From the NCBI GenBank assembly GCA_016700135.1, contig CP065004.1, forward strand, positions 480,001-512,000: 32,000 nt of DNA, in the 5' to 3' direction. Positions 17,103-25,690 of this stretch are shown here, in pieces. Under the pieces are notes generated by a model. That model searched no databases. It was given only the letters and a program-made list of their open reading frames with translations, and was not told the origin of the DNA. The number at the start of each line of letters is the position of its first letter. Positions within the stretch are counted from its first letter, which is position 1. The position numbers and the translations under genes are program-made. This DNA comes from Candidatus Saccharimonadota bacterium. Lineage in GTDB: Bacteria > Patescibacteriota > Microgenomatia > UBA1406 > GWC2-37-13.

Positions 17103-17573
17103 ATGAAACTTACCAGTCCGACATTTGAAAACGGCAATACCATTCCTGAACCTTATACCTGCAAAGGGTTGAATGTTAGTCCTCCTCTTGAAATTATAGG
17201 AGTTCCTTCCGACACAAAAAGTCTGATTCTTGTTGTGAAGGATATAAACGCACAACCCAAACCGTGGATTCACTGGCTTATTTACAATATTCCGGCAGAT
17301 ACGAAAGAGATTGAGGAGGGTTCTATCCCGGTGGGTGCCAGAGAAGGGATGTGTAACGGCGGCACGTATGGTTATGAGGGGCCGTGTCCGAAATATTTTA
17401 CGGGAAATCATTCTTACGACTTCACTCTTATTGCCATAGATTCGGTTCCTGATATCCCGATGGATGCTGATTATAAAGCTCTGTCAGATGATGTTCAGAA
17501 TCACATTCTCGGTGAGGCAACATTGAGAGGAACCGTAAAAGGAACGGGAGAAGAAGCGGTAGAGAAATCGTAG
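17103..17573 (+). CDS. YbhB/YbcL-family PEBP (Raf kinase inhibitor-like) protein
   Basis: LTSPTFENGNTIPEPYTC, WIHWLIYNIP and GYEGPCP....H.Y.F.L.A.D are family hallmarks. Confidence 0.85.
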   Translation: MKLTSPTFENGNTIPEPYTCKGLNVSPPLEIIGVPSDTKSLILVVKDINAQPKPWIHWLIYNIPADTKEIEEGSIPVGAREGMCNGGTYGYEGPCPKYFTGNHSYDFTLIAIDSVPDIPMDADYKALSDDVQNHILGEATLRGTVKGTGEEAVEKS

Positions 17574-17576
17574 CCG

Positions 17577-18551
17577 CTACTTTCCGGCACGAATCAACAA
17601 TATACCCTTTTGTACCGCAGCAGAAAGGAAAAGCAGTACGACAAAAAACCACCACGGACCGATTATCTTATGAAATCCGTAATCCACGAATATTTTTACA
17701 AATAGAAAATGAATAAAAAAGAGAGAGTATGAATGTGCGCTTAAAAAATCAAACGGCTTTTGCAGGTATGTCATGTACAGCTTGTTCTTGGAGACAAGAC
17801 GGTGAACCCAGTACATGACTGTCGTAAAAAAGATCCCGTATGACAAATAATACAGGTTCGGCGGATATTTGTTTTCAGTCAGTACCAACGTCTTTCCTTG
17901 GCTTTGAAGGAAATCTCTCGTTATAAAAAAAGTCATGACAGACAGCAGTATCGTCCCTATAAAGAAATACCGATTTTCTTTGTGATTGGTAAAAAGCAGG
18001 GTAAAAATAAGAAAGAATGTCCACGGCAGCCACATGACATATCGGAAGGGCACGGGCGGGATGGAGATTAAAAGCAGAACAGTACTCACGAAAGCCGTTC
18101 CTGTCAGAATATAAAACAGCCATTTTTTCTGTCTATACATAAAATGAATGACCGGGATCAGGAACAAAAAGTAAATAAAGAGAATTACCAGCCAGCTCAG
18201 ATCACGGCCACCGCTCAAAAGTATTTTTTCCGTCATCTGCTTTATATTGAAGGATGTAGGATTTTTTATAAACACAAGGATAAAAAAAGGAATAAGGAAG
18301 AGATAGTAAGGAATTACAAGGCGTTTCAGCCCTTTTACCACATATGAAACTGAAAGAGTTGTTATACTGTCTTTTGCGAAAAAAATATATCCTGAGCAAA
18401 AGACAAAGAGAGGAACGGCAAAATGAGTATAATCCCAAACGGCATATACGGTCGGATCACCAAGAAAATATGCCGTTGCATGTATAAGAATCATCAGCAA
18501 AACAGCAAGACCGCGTAAAAAGTCAATCGTCGTGTTTCTCTCTTTCATCAT
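17577..18551 (-). CDS. Acyltransferase-3 / DUF1624-like integral membrane protein
   Basis: About 10 TM. N-terminal IDFLRGLAVLLMILIHA motif. The track ORF extends to 18590. The internal ATG at 18551 (MMKERNTTIDFLRG) has a TATTAT 9 nt upstream and leaves room for the divergent lepB promoter. Confidence 0.7.
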   Translation of the reverse strand: MMKERNTTIDFLRGLAVLLMILIHATAYFLGDPTVYAVWDYTHFAVPLFVFCSGYIFFAKDSITTLSVSYVVKGLKRLVIPYYLFLIPFFILVFIKNPTSFNIKQMTEKILLSGGRDLSWLVILFIYFLFLIPVIHFMYRQKKWLFYILTGTAFVSTVLLLISIPPVPFRYVMWLPWTFFLIFTLLFTNHKENRYFFIGTILLSVMTFFITRDFLQSQGKTLVLTENKYPPNLYYLSYGIFFTTVMYWVHRLVSKNKLYMTYLQKPFDFLSAHSYSLFFIHFLFVKIFVDYGFHKIIGPWWFFVVLLFLSAAVQKGILLIRAGK

Positions 18552-18596
18552 TGAGGTACAATAATAGGTAAATACTAAACTATTCATCATTTTATC

Positions 18597-19958
18597 ATGT
18601 CCAAGGACGACAACTCATTCGTAAATGCTTTGATTATCTGGCCATTGAAATTCGTGGGGATGATTCTCCAACTCCTTTTTTTTGCGGCGTTTGTCTTTGC
18701 GGGTTGGTTCGTCCTGCAAATGGTCGGAGTCCTGAATGTACAGGTTCCGGTGTCCGGTGCTTCCATGCTTCCCACGTTGCCTGAGGAAGGGTATGTCCCG
18801 TTTCAGCGGTTTTATTATGACGGGCGGGTTCAGAAATTTATTCCTCAAACGATTGCAAAGGGGGACATCGTTGTTTTTGAGAATGACGAAACGCATGAAG
18901 AACTGGAAAAGCAGCAGAAAGACTCAAGCGGATTTGTAAAACGCGTTATAGGAGTGGCCGGAGATATCGTGCAGATTCGCGACGGTTTTGTCTATGTCAA
19001 CGGGAAGCGTCTTGAAGAACCGTATACCCTGAAGCCCCGCTCCACGTTCGGAGGGAAAGAAATCCAGGATTGCGAAGTTGTGAAAGTCCCGGAAGGCAAG
19101 CTGTTTGTGTTGGGAGATAATAGAAAATTGAGTATGGATTCCCGGCAGATAGGGCTTGTTTCAGTACAGGATGTCCAGTTTTATATCCCGTACGAGAAGC
19201 AGGAAAATGAGTTTGCAAATCGCTGGCGCGACTCATCACATGACTTTGATACAGAGAACGAATCACTGTTTAATGTCGATGATTTTGTGTTCCTTCTCAA
19301 TCAAAAACGGCGGGAAAACGATCTTTCTGAACTGAAGTACCAGCCCAAGCTGGAACGGTCCGCACAGTACCGGGCAGAAGTCATGCTGAAATACAATGAG
19401 TTTGATTCCGATGCTCCGCACAGCGGATATTCCATGAAAGATGCTATGAGTGACGCCAATTACTCAAACATCGTATACGGTGAGTTTCCGATGATCGGGT
19501 ACTATGACGCGGAAGAATTGTATGATGCTTTTATGGAACAGCCCGGTGCTTCAGAGTTTCTTTTAAACAAAGACTATGATGAAATCGGTGTTTCAACATT
19601 TGTCGGAGAACTCAATAACTGCCCGGTACAGGTGGTAGTTCAGCACCTGGCAGGATATGTCCCGCCCGACTACTCACAATCACAGATATCGGATTGGAAA
19701 GACGGTCTCTCAAGACTGCGAAAGATCCAACCCGGGTGGCAGCAGCTTAAATCTTATAACGATTTGTACTCTCAGAATAAGGCTGATATTGATAGGATCA
19801 ATGAAATACTCGACATCCGAATAGCCCGTTTTTCACAAATTATTCAGCGTATGGAGGCAAATCAATGGCTGACTGAACAAGAAAAATCCTGGATAAAGGA
19901 AGATACCAATCTTGCCGAAGAACAAAATCGACTGGCGGAAAGATTGAATGCCCGTTAG
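18597..19958 (+). CDS. lepB: Signal peptidase I (S26) fused to a CAP/SCP(YkwD)-like domain and a C-terminal helical tail
   Basis: SPase boxes SGASMLPTL, KRVIGVAGD and GDNRKLSMDSR lie in residues ~50-200. Residues ~225-353 follow the CAP/YkwD pattern (N..RR.N.L..L.....L..SA..RA..M......HSG......M......GE........EL..AFM..PG...LL...Y..IGV). Residues 354-453 are helical. Confidence 0.85.
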   Translation: MSKDDNSFVNALIIWPLKFVGMILQLLFFAAFVFAGWFVLQMVGVLNVQVPVSGASMLPTLPEEGYVPFQRFYYDGRVQKFIPQTIAKGDIVVFENDETHEELEKQQKDSSGFVKRVIGVAGDIVQIRDGFVYVNGKRLEEPYTLKPRSTFGGKEIQDCEVVKVPEGKLFVLGDNRKLSMDSRQIGLVSVQDVQFYIPYEKQENEFANRWRDSSHDFDTENESLFNVDDFVFLLNQKRRENDLSELKYQPKLERSAQYRAEVMLKYNEFDSDAPHSGYSMKDAMSDANYSNIVYGEFPMIGYYDAEELYDAFMEQPGASEFLLNKDYDEIGVSTFVGELNNCPVQVVVQHLAGYVPPDYSQSQISDWKDGLSRLRKIQPGWQQLKSYNDLYSQNKADIDRINEILDIRIARFSQIIQRMEANQWLTEQEKSWIKEDTNLAEEQNRLAERLNAR

Positions 19959-20016
19959 CCTGAGACATATGACTCAGCTTCCGTGCAAGTAGGATATTAA
20001 TTATCTTAACAACTTC

Positions 20017-20496
20017 TTACATTAATTCTTTTTCTTCAATTTTCTTTGAAAAATGATTCATGATGTTTATATATCCGGTGAAATCGGAGGAGGATGCATC
20101 ATTCAGTAAATTAACCAACCGTTCCTGAATTTGTTTTTCCAATGAATCCACTAACTCTTCTCCTTTTTTTGTAAGCAGTAAAATCTTAGCACGTTTATCA
20201 TCGGGATCATTATCGATTCTTATCAACTTATTTTTTTTGATTGAGGAGACGAGCTCCGTAATAAAAGGAGGCTCTACACCCATCTGTTGTGATATTTGTA
20301 TAAACCTGCAGCCCTGAGGATATTCACGCAAAAGACCCAATAAACTCCAATCCAGTGTCGATAATTTGTGTTTGGCCAGGACCGGTGCGACATAGTTTTT
20401 TACCAAACGGTATGTCTTCGCCTGCATCCGGAGCAGCGTGTAGGTCTCAAAGTCTGTTTTCCCGCCCACCAACTTCTGTAATGCATTTTTTAGCAT
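20017..20496 (-). CDS. MarR-family transcriptional regulator
   Basis: 159 aa. Winged-helix region LSTLDWSLLGLL......RFIQISQQMGVEPPFITELVSSIKKNKLIRIDNDPDDKRAKILLLTKKG. Confidence 0.85.
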   Translation of the reverse strand: MLKNALQKLVGGKTDFETYTLLRMQAKTYRLVKNYVAPVLAKHKLSTLDWSLLGLLREYPQGCRFIQISQQMGVEPPFITELVSSIKKNKLIRIDNDPDDKRAKILLLTKKGEELVDSLEKQIQERLVNLLNDASSSDFTGYINIMNHFSKKIEEKELM

Positions 20497-20650
20497 AAAT
20501 TAAAAACAAATTATGACAGACCCTATTATAGTTATTGATAGCTAAAAGAGCAAGATTTGAGCTCATTTCTTACGGTATGTTAACACGGTTATCAAATACG
20601 TTTAAGATCAGCAGATGATTTTAAAGCCGTAATTATCCTATCCGTACAGC

Positions 20651-20679
20651 TTGACAATCCAACGAAAACATAGAACAAT
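20651..20679 (+). promoter_or_regulatory. Promoter: TTGACA-17 nt-AACAAT, ending 5 nt before ATG 20685
   Basis: A perfect -35 at 20651-20656, an exact 17-nt spacer and a weak -10 at 20674-20679. Confidence 0.45.
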
Positions 20680-20684
20680 GAAGT

Positions 20685-21368
20685 ATGCCACAACAGCAGG
20701 AAGCAATATTTCAACAGGCGACACCATTACCTCCATCTTTGAATCCCCAGGTCCTTTATAGCTGGAAAGCTCCCCTGCGGGCATACAAAAAAAGGAGCCG
20801 ATATGTGTTGCGATTTTATGTTGCCGTAGCGATGCTTCTTACTGTGATCATATTTTTCCTGGGAGACAGGATACTTATTATTCCTATCTGGTCAATACTG
20901 TTTCTTTTTTATATTCTCACCATTACTCCCCCTCCGCAGGTAGAAAACCGCATCACAAAATTCGGTCTTGAAACGGCCGGAATCACGTTGAAATGGGACG
21001 TACTTTCACATTTTTATTTTACGGAGCGTTTCAATTTCACCATACTGACCGTTGTGACACAGCCTCCCTACTACATGCATGCCTATCTTGTCATACCGAA
21101 AGAACGTATCAAAAAAGATGTCATGAAGATTCTCGCGGAGCATATTGTGTATCAGGAAAAACCACAGCTTGGACTTACAGACAGATTAATAAATCTTCTA
21201 TCTTATCTTATTCCCGATGAGGAAGAGGGTGAAGACGTCCCCGCAAAGATTACCATGAAGCCTAAAGAGGAAAGCAAAATTGATGAGGTTAAAGATACTC
21301 TTGCATCTTTTTTCCAAAGACAGAAGAAGACATCTCCTTCACGCCCAACAAACGAGCCCAGTATGTGA
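20685..21368 (+). CDS. Hypothetical two-TM membrane protein with an acidic/basic C-terminal tail
   Basis: 227 aa. TM hairpin VLRFYVAVAMLLTVIIFFLG...IPIWSILFLFYILTI, followed by a small globular domain. The 3' end overlaps the convergent gene by 80 nt. Confidence 0.5.
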   Translation: MPQQQEAIFQQATPLPPSLNPQVLYSWKAPLRAYKKRSRYVLRFYVAVAMLLTVIIFFLGDRILIIPIWSILFLFYILTITPPPQVENRITKFGLETAGITLKWDVLSHFYFTERFNFTILTVVTQPPYYMHAYLVIPKERIKKDVMKILAEHIVYQEKPQLGLTDRLINLLSYLIPDEEEGEDVPAKITMKPKEESKIDEVKDTLASFFQRQKKTSPSRPTNEPSM

Positions 21369-21909
21369 CTCCTTCATCAGTGGTGACCAGATACCCGTCG
21401 AGTTCTTTTGCGAGCATAATGAGGTCAAAATCAGCCTTGCTGTCGATGGTTCCCGTGCGTGTGGCATTCCGATACCGTTCACGCAGTTTGGTAAGAATCT
21501 TACCGCAGGCAATTTGAAACTCTTTATGCGGCAGTACCTCTTTTCCCATAAACATTTCTGCTGTGTGTATAATCTCTTCTTCCGCAACTTTCATGGCGCG
21601 GTAGGCTCTATCTCTATAATCTTCGATAAGACGCTCAATAATGACTGCCGAAACAGACTGTTCTGACGTTCTGGGAGATTTAACCGTAACAGAGCCAAAG
21701 AGCGATTTTAGCAACGGATCGTCCGGACTGTCAAAAAAAGATGTGATTTCTTGGACTATTGTAGGAGGCACGACGATTTCGACCTCCCCATCAGGAGCTT
21801 TTTGTACTGCCCTGACTATGTTTTTTACAATATCTGCCGTAGTCTCCCCTAGACCGAGTGCGGCTTCCATGTTGAAGAACAAATTTGTGTCAATAATATA
21901 GCTTTTCAT
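21289..21909 (-). CDS. PIN-like protein of the UPF0278 / RNA-ligase-partner family = HARP-like (homolog of Aquifex RNase P 38, RNA-free RNase P) candidate
   Basis: 206 aa. N-terminal MKSYIIDTN (Asp7) and a C-terminal block LRERYRNATRTGTIDSKADFDLIMLAKELDGYLVTTDEGVTYWARLLGVK. This closely parallels my recollection of the Aq_880/HARP C-terminus (LREKYR...G.LDSK.D.D...LA.ELDG.LV..DEG...WA...G.K). The size and the helical insertion between the PIN halves also fit. Confidence 0.6.
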   Translation of the reverse strand: MKSYIIDTNLFFNMEAALGLGETTADIVKNIVRAVQKAPDGEVEIVVPPTIVQEITSFFDSPDDPLLKSLFGSVTVKSPRTSEQSVSAVIIERLIEDYRDRAYRAMKVAEEEIIHTAEMFMGKEVLPHKEFQIACGKILTKLRERYRNATRTGTIDSKADFDLIMLAKELDGYLVTTDEGVTYWARLLGVKEMSSSVFGKKMQEYL

Positions 21910-22418
21910 ACAAGTATTATAGCAGGGATGTTCTTTTCGGTTATTTCTTCACTCCGGAAATAGTGAGTTTTTCGGCTTTAGGAAAGGATTTTTTAATTAT
22001 TTATCTCACGGTGCTGATTTTATAAAGAGCCTTGTATCAATATATATTCCGATATTTCTATATCCCTCACTTTTCCCGCTTTACACATCGAAAGTGTAAG
22101 AATTGATAAAAGTGCCCGTGCACTATATTGCACAGATTTTTAGATCAAGCCATTCACAGATCCCGTGAATAAGAGAGAAGTATATATTTCTCCAATGTCC
22201 TGATGTACAACATCTGTTCAAGAAATACATAAAAAGATTCATATATTATTACAGGATCTTTAGCAACATATACCGCATTTTGCTGATATGTTTTGATATG
22301 GTAAATCAACTTGCAATACTACAGATAGTGGTATACATTTGTAATGCACCCAAGATATGAAGAAAAGGGGATTAAGAATTAGCGGGATATCACGCGGAAG
22401 GTACGTAAGATTGTACAT

Positions 22419-22865
22419 ATGAAGTGTCTTTTTTGTCAACACACGAATACTGAAGTCATTGAAACGCGCGTTTCAGAAAACAGAACCGCTATCAGAAGGC
22501 GCCGTTCTTGTCCGCAGTGCAAGAAAAGATTTACGACATATGAACGCATAGAGGAGCTGCCGATACTGGTTATCAAGAGAGATCTGAGAAGAGAGCGTTT
22601 TGACAGAAAGAAACTGATGAACGGCATATTTAAAGCAGTAGGGAAGACGACGGTGACAGCAGATCAGGTCGAAGATATCGTAAACCAGATAGAACAGGAT
22701 ATTACACAGGCAGGCAAAACGGAAGTCAGCAGCAGTGAGATAGGTAGTATGGTTGCTTACCAACTGAAAAACATAGATAAGATCGCGTACATCCGGTTTG
22801 CATCAGTGTTTAGAAGATTTGTCGATGTTGAAGAGTTTGAATTGGAGCTGAGAAAGCTCTCATGA
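22419..22865 (+). CDS. nrdR: Transcriptional repressor NrdR
   Basis: MKCLFCQHTNTEVIETR....RRRR.C..C..RFTTYE zinc ribbon followed by an ATP-cone. Confidence 0.95.
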   Translation: MKCLFCQHTNTEVIETRVSENRTAIRRRRSCPQCKKRFTTYERIEELPILVIKRDLRRERFDRKKLMNGIFKAVGKTTVTADQVEDIVNQIEQDITQAGKTEVSSSEIGSMVAYQLKNIDKIAYIRFASVFRRFVDVEEFELELRKLS

Positions 22866-22908
22866 CAACCTCAAGAAGTCCAAATATTATAAATTAGATA
22901 CAACTATT

Positions 22909-25314
22909 ATGAAACTGACAGGTGTTTCAGAGAAAGTATTCCTTGACAGATACTCTCTCAAAGACATAAAGGGCAATCCAGTTGAAGCACAACCGGATGA
23001 GATGTGGCGCCGTATCGCCAATGCTGTCGCCGAGCAGGAAAAGCCTTCACAGCGCAAGAAATGGGCTGATGCATTCTATAATGCAATGGAGGATTTTAAG
23101 TATGTTCCCGGAGGCCGCATTCTTGCAGGCGCAGGTACAGGCTATTCGGTAACTTTTTATAACTGTTTTGTGATTCCGTCTCCGAAAGATTCCCGTGGAG
23201 GAATTCTGAATACATTGGGAGAAATGATTGAGATTATGGCTCGGGGAGGCGGTGTCGGAATTAACCTTTCCACACTTCGACCACGAGGGGCACGGGTTGA
23301 GAAAGTAAACGGATTTTCTTCGGGGCCCTGCAACTGGGCAGAGATATTCTCACTTGCTACTAAAGATATTATTCAGCAGGGCGGTACCCGTCGCGGAGCT
23401 CTTATGCTTATGCTCTGGGACTGGCACCCTGATATCGAAGAATTTATTACTGTAAAACAAGATCTTTCACGCATCAACGGAGCAAACCTTTCCGTTGCCG
23501 TTTCAGACTCCTTTATGGAAGCAGTCAAGAAAGATGAGGACTGGCCTCTTATTTTCCCGGATAAAAATGATCCTGAATATGACGAAGTGTGGGACGGGGA
23601 TATTGAGGGCTGGAAAGCGAAAGGAAAGAAAATCAAAGTGTATAAAGTTGTCAAAGCAAGAAAGATCTGGGATCTTATTGCTGAAGCTGCCTGGAAGTCT
23701 GCAGAGCCCGGAGTAGTGTTTATGGAGAGATACAACAAAATGCACAATAACTACTACTGGAATAAAATCATCTGCGTAAACCCATGCGGAGAAGAAGGTC
23801 TTCCGGGATGGGGAGTATGTAATCTTGGTTCTATCAATCTCTCAGCCTTTGTCAAAGGATATGAGGTTGATCGTGCCGGAACATTTGATTTTGAGGAACT
23901 TCGAAAGACAGTACGCATTGCAGTAAGACTCCAGGACAATGTTGTAGATATGGATCCGTACGTGTTTCCGGGGATAAAGAAGACCCAGCTTGAAGGAGAA
24001 AGAAGAATTGGTCTTGGGACTATGGGGCTCGGGGACACTCTTATTAAGCTTCATATTCGTTACGGTTCAGAAGAGTCTTTGAAGTTCATCGAGAAAGTTT
24101 ACAAGATGATTGCACATGAATCATACCTTGCATCTTCTGATAATGCGAAAGAGAAGGGGTCCTTCAAGAAATTTGACGGTGCTAAATTTGTGAAGAGCGG
24201 TTTCATGAAAACTCTTCCTGCCGAAATCAGAAAGAAAATAAAAAAAGACGGCATTAGAAACTCAGTGCTTCTCATGCAGGCTCCCACGGGATCAACTTCC
24301 CTTATGGCCAGTACAACATCAGGAATAGAGCCTGTATATGAATTTGAATTCATAAGGCGAGATCGTCTTGGAGAACATGCCATACGGCATCATCTCTATG
24401 ATGAATGGTACAAAAAACATGAAGCTGAGATGAAGGCCGGAACAATCAAAAGACCGGAGTACTTTGTATCAGCAAATGATCTTTCTCCTGAAGATCATGT
24501 CATGGTTCAGGCTGTCATTCAGAAATATGTTGATGCATCAATTTCGAAGACTGTCAATGCCCCGACCACACACACGGTTGACGATGTAAAAAGACTCTAT
24601 ACATTGGCATATGAACAGGGATTGAAGGGTATTGCCTATATGAGAGAGGGATCCCGTGCCGGTGTTCTTGAGAGAAAACCTGATGCCAAAGCTGCGCCGG
24701 ACAAAGCAGAACAGCCGAAAATGCAGATACCGACAGTAAAACCGCGACCGATGGTTGTTCACGGATCGACATACAAAATCGATACACCGGTCGGACGGGC
24801 ATATGTCACCATAAATACCAACGGCAATAATGAACCACATGAAGTATTTATGACAATCGGTAAAGCAGGGACAGATGTATTTGCCATGGCAGAAGGGCTG
24901 GGTCGTATGATCTCTATGTACTTTAGATCTACCGCTCATCTTCCGGCTGAGGAGCGCATCAAAAACGTCATCAACGAGCTTCAGGGAATCGGCGGCGGGC
25001 GCACGATGGGATTTGGAAAAGAACGTGTCCGCAGTATGCCTGATGCCGTAGCCAAAGTCTTGAAAATGCATTTTGAGTACTTGAATAAACAACGAACAGA
25101 GACTCAAAACGGCAACGGCCATACAACAGAAGTGAAGCTAGTGAGTGAAGTCGAACAGCCGGCACTTCTTGCCGAACAAGGTCAGCAACTGGTTGCTGCT
25201 GCAGACGTACCGAAAGAAAAGCATTTTGACATCTGTAAAGAATGCGGTCAGGCATTACTTGCACGTGAAGAAGGTTGTGCAAAGTGCTATGGCTGCGGTT
25301 ATGCAGAATGTTAA
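22909..25314 (+). CDS. nrdJ: Class II (adenosylcobalamin-dependent) ribonucleotide reductase
   Basis: 801 aa. Active-site VNPCGEEGL, the TGSTS segment and ISKTVN. The C-terminal Cys-rich tail is CKECGQALLAREEGCAKCYGCGYAEC. Confidence 0.95.
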   Translation: MKLTGVSEKVFLDRYSLKDIKGNPVEAQPDEMWRRIANAVAEQEKPSQRKKWADAFYNAMEDFKYVPGGRILAGAGTGYSVTFYNCFVIPSPKDSRGGILNTLGEMIEIMARGGGVGINLSTLRPRGARVEKVNGFSSGPCNWAEIFSLATKDIIQQGGTRRGALMLMLWDWHPDIEEFITVKQDLSRINGANLSVAVSDSFMEAVKKDEDWPLIFPDKNDPEYDEVWDGDIEGWKAKGKKIKVYKVVKARKIWDLIAEAAWKSAEPGVVFMERYNKMHNNYYWNKIICVNPCGEEGLPGWGVCNLGSINLSAFVKGYEVDRAGTFDFEELRKTVRIAVRLQDNVVDMDPYVFPGIKKTQLEGERRIGLGTMGLGDTLIKLHIRYGSEESLKFIEKVYKMIAHESYLASSDNAKEKGSFKKFDGAKFVKSGFMKTLPAEIRKKIKKDGIRNSVLLMQAPTGSTSLMASTTSGIEPVYEFEFIRRDRLGEHAIRHHLYDEWYKKHEAEMKAGTIKRPEYFVSANDLSPEDHVMVQAVIQKYVDASISKTVNAPTTHTVDDVKRLYTLAYEQGLKGIAYMREGSRAGVLERKPDAKAAPDKAEQPKMQIPTVKPRPMVVHGSTYKIDTPVGRAYVTINTNGNNEPHEVFMTIGKAGTDVFAMAEGLGRMISMYFRSTAHLPAEERIKNVINELQGIGGGRTMGFGKERVRSMPDAVAKVLKMHFEYLNKQRTETQNGNGHTTEVKLVSEVEQPALLAEQGQQLVAAADVPKEKHFDICKECGQALLAREEGCAKCYGCGYAEC

Positions 25315-25355
25315 CCAACATAAGCAATTGTTAGGGGTTGCTTAAGAAAGTAAAA

Positions 25356-25387
25356 TACCCCGCTTTTTACAGGCGGGGTATTTTTTT
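25356..25387 (+). terminator. Rho-independent terminator after nrdJ
   Basis: Stem TACCCCGC (25356-25363) / GCGGGGTA (25373-25380), a 9-nt loop, then T7 (25381-25387). Confidence 0.85.
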
Positions 25388-25690
25388 GAAAAGAGTAGTT
25401 TGTTTCCCGGCCGAGGAAAGTTGAAGCATATGCATTTTGGAGCTTTTTCACGCTGGCGAAAATATACTACGTGGTGGGACATCTTGATCGTGCGCCTTGA
25501 AAAAGTACAACAATGGGTATGCGAGACTTTCAGAAAGAGCAAATCTTGTTGTAATCGATTTTTTTATCACTTCGTTATCCGAGAATTTCATCTATAGAAA
25601 ACCCTTTGTTCGGAAGTAAACTCTCCGCCAGCCGGCGGATCAAACATCCGTTTCACTCACTAATGTTAATTACTTTGTTAGGAATATAGA

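Noticed and set aside
19960-19977. Near-perfect 18-nt palindrome CTGAGACATATGACTCAG between the convergent lepB and marR genes, considered as a possible bidirectional terminator.
   Set aside because: It is AT-rich in the centre, has an A/A mismatch, and has no U-tract on either strand. There is not enough evidence to call it a terminator.
22260-22442. Track ORF 22260..22442(-), 60 aa, overlapping the nrdR start.
   Set aside because: It has odd composition, overlaps the nrdR start codon and promoter region, and has no plausible start context.
25411-25422. CCGAGGAAAGTT occurs here and again at 31716-31727, and resembles the RNase P RNA P4 strand GAGGAAAGUCC.
   Set aside because: A shared 12-mer is expected by chance tens of times in 32 kb. 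The match to P4 breaks at the critical UCC, and no surrounding RNase P-like helices are evident.
25400-25597. Track ORFs 25400..25597(+) and 25342..25542(-).
   Set aside because: The plus ORF is Trp/Arg/Cys-rich and starts at TTG right after a terminator. The minus ORF runs through the terminator stem. Neither looks coding. The 47-aa minus ORF (25448-25591) is the only candidate worth testing.
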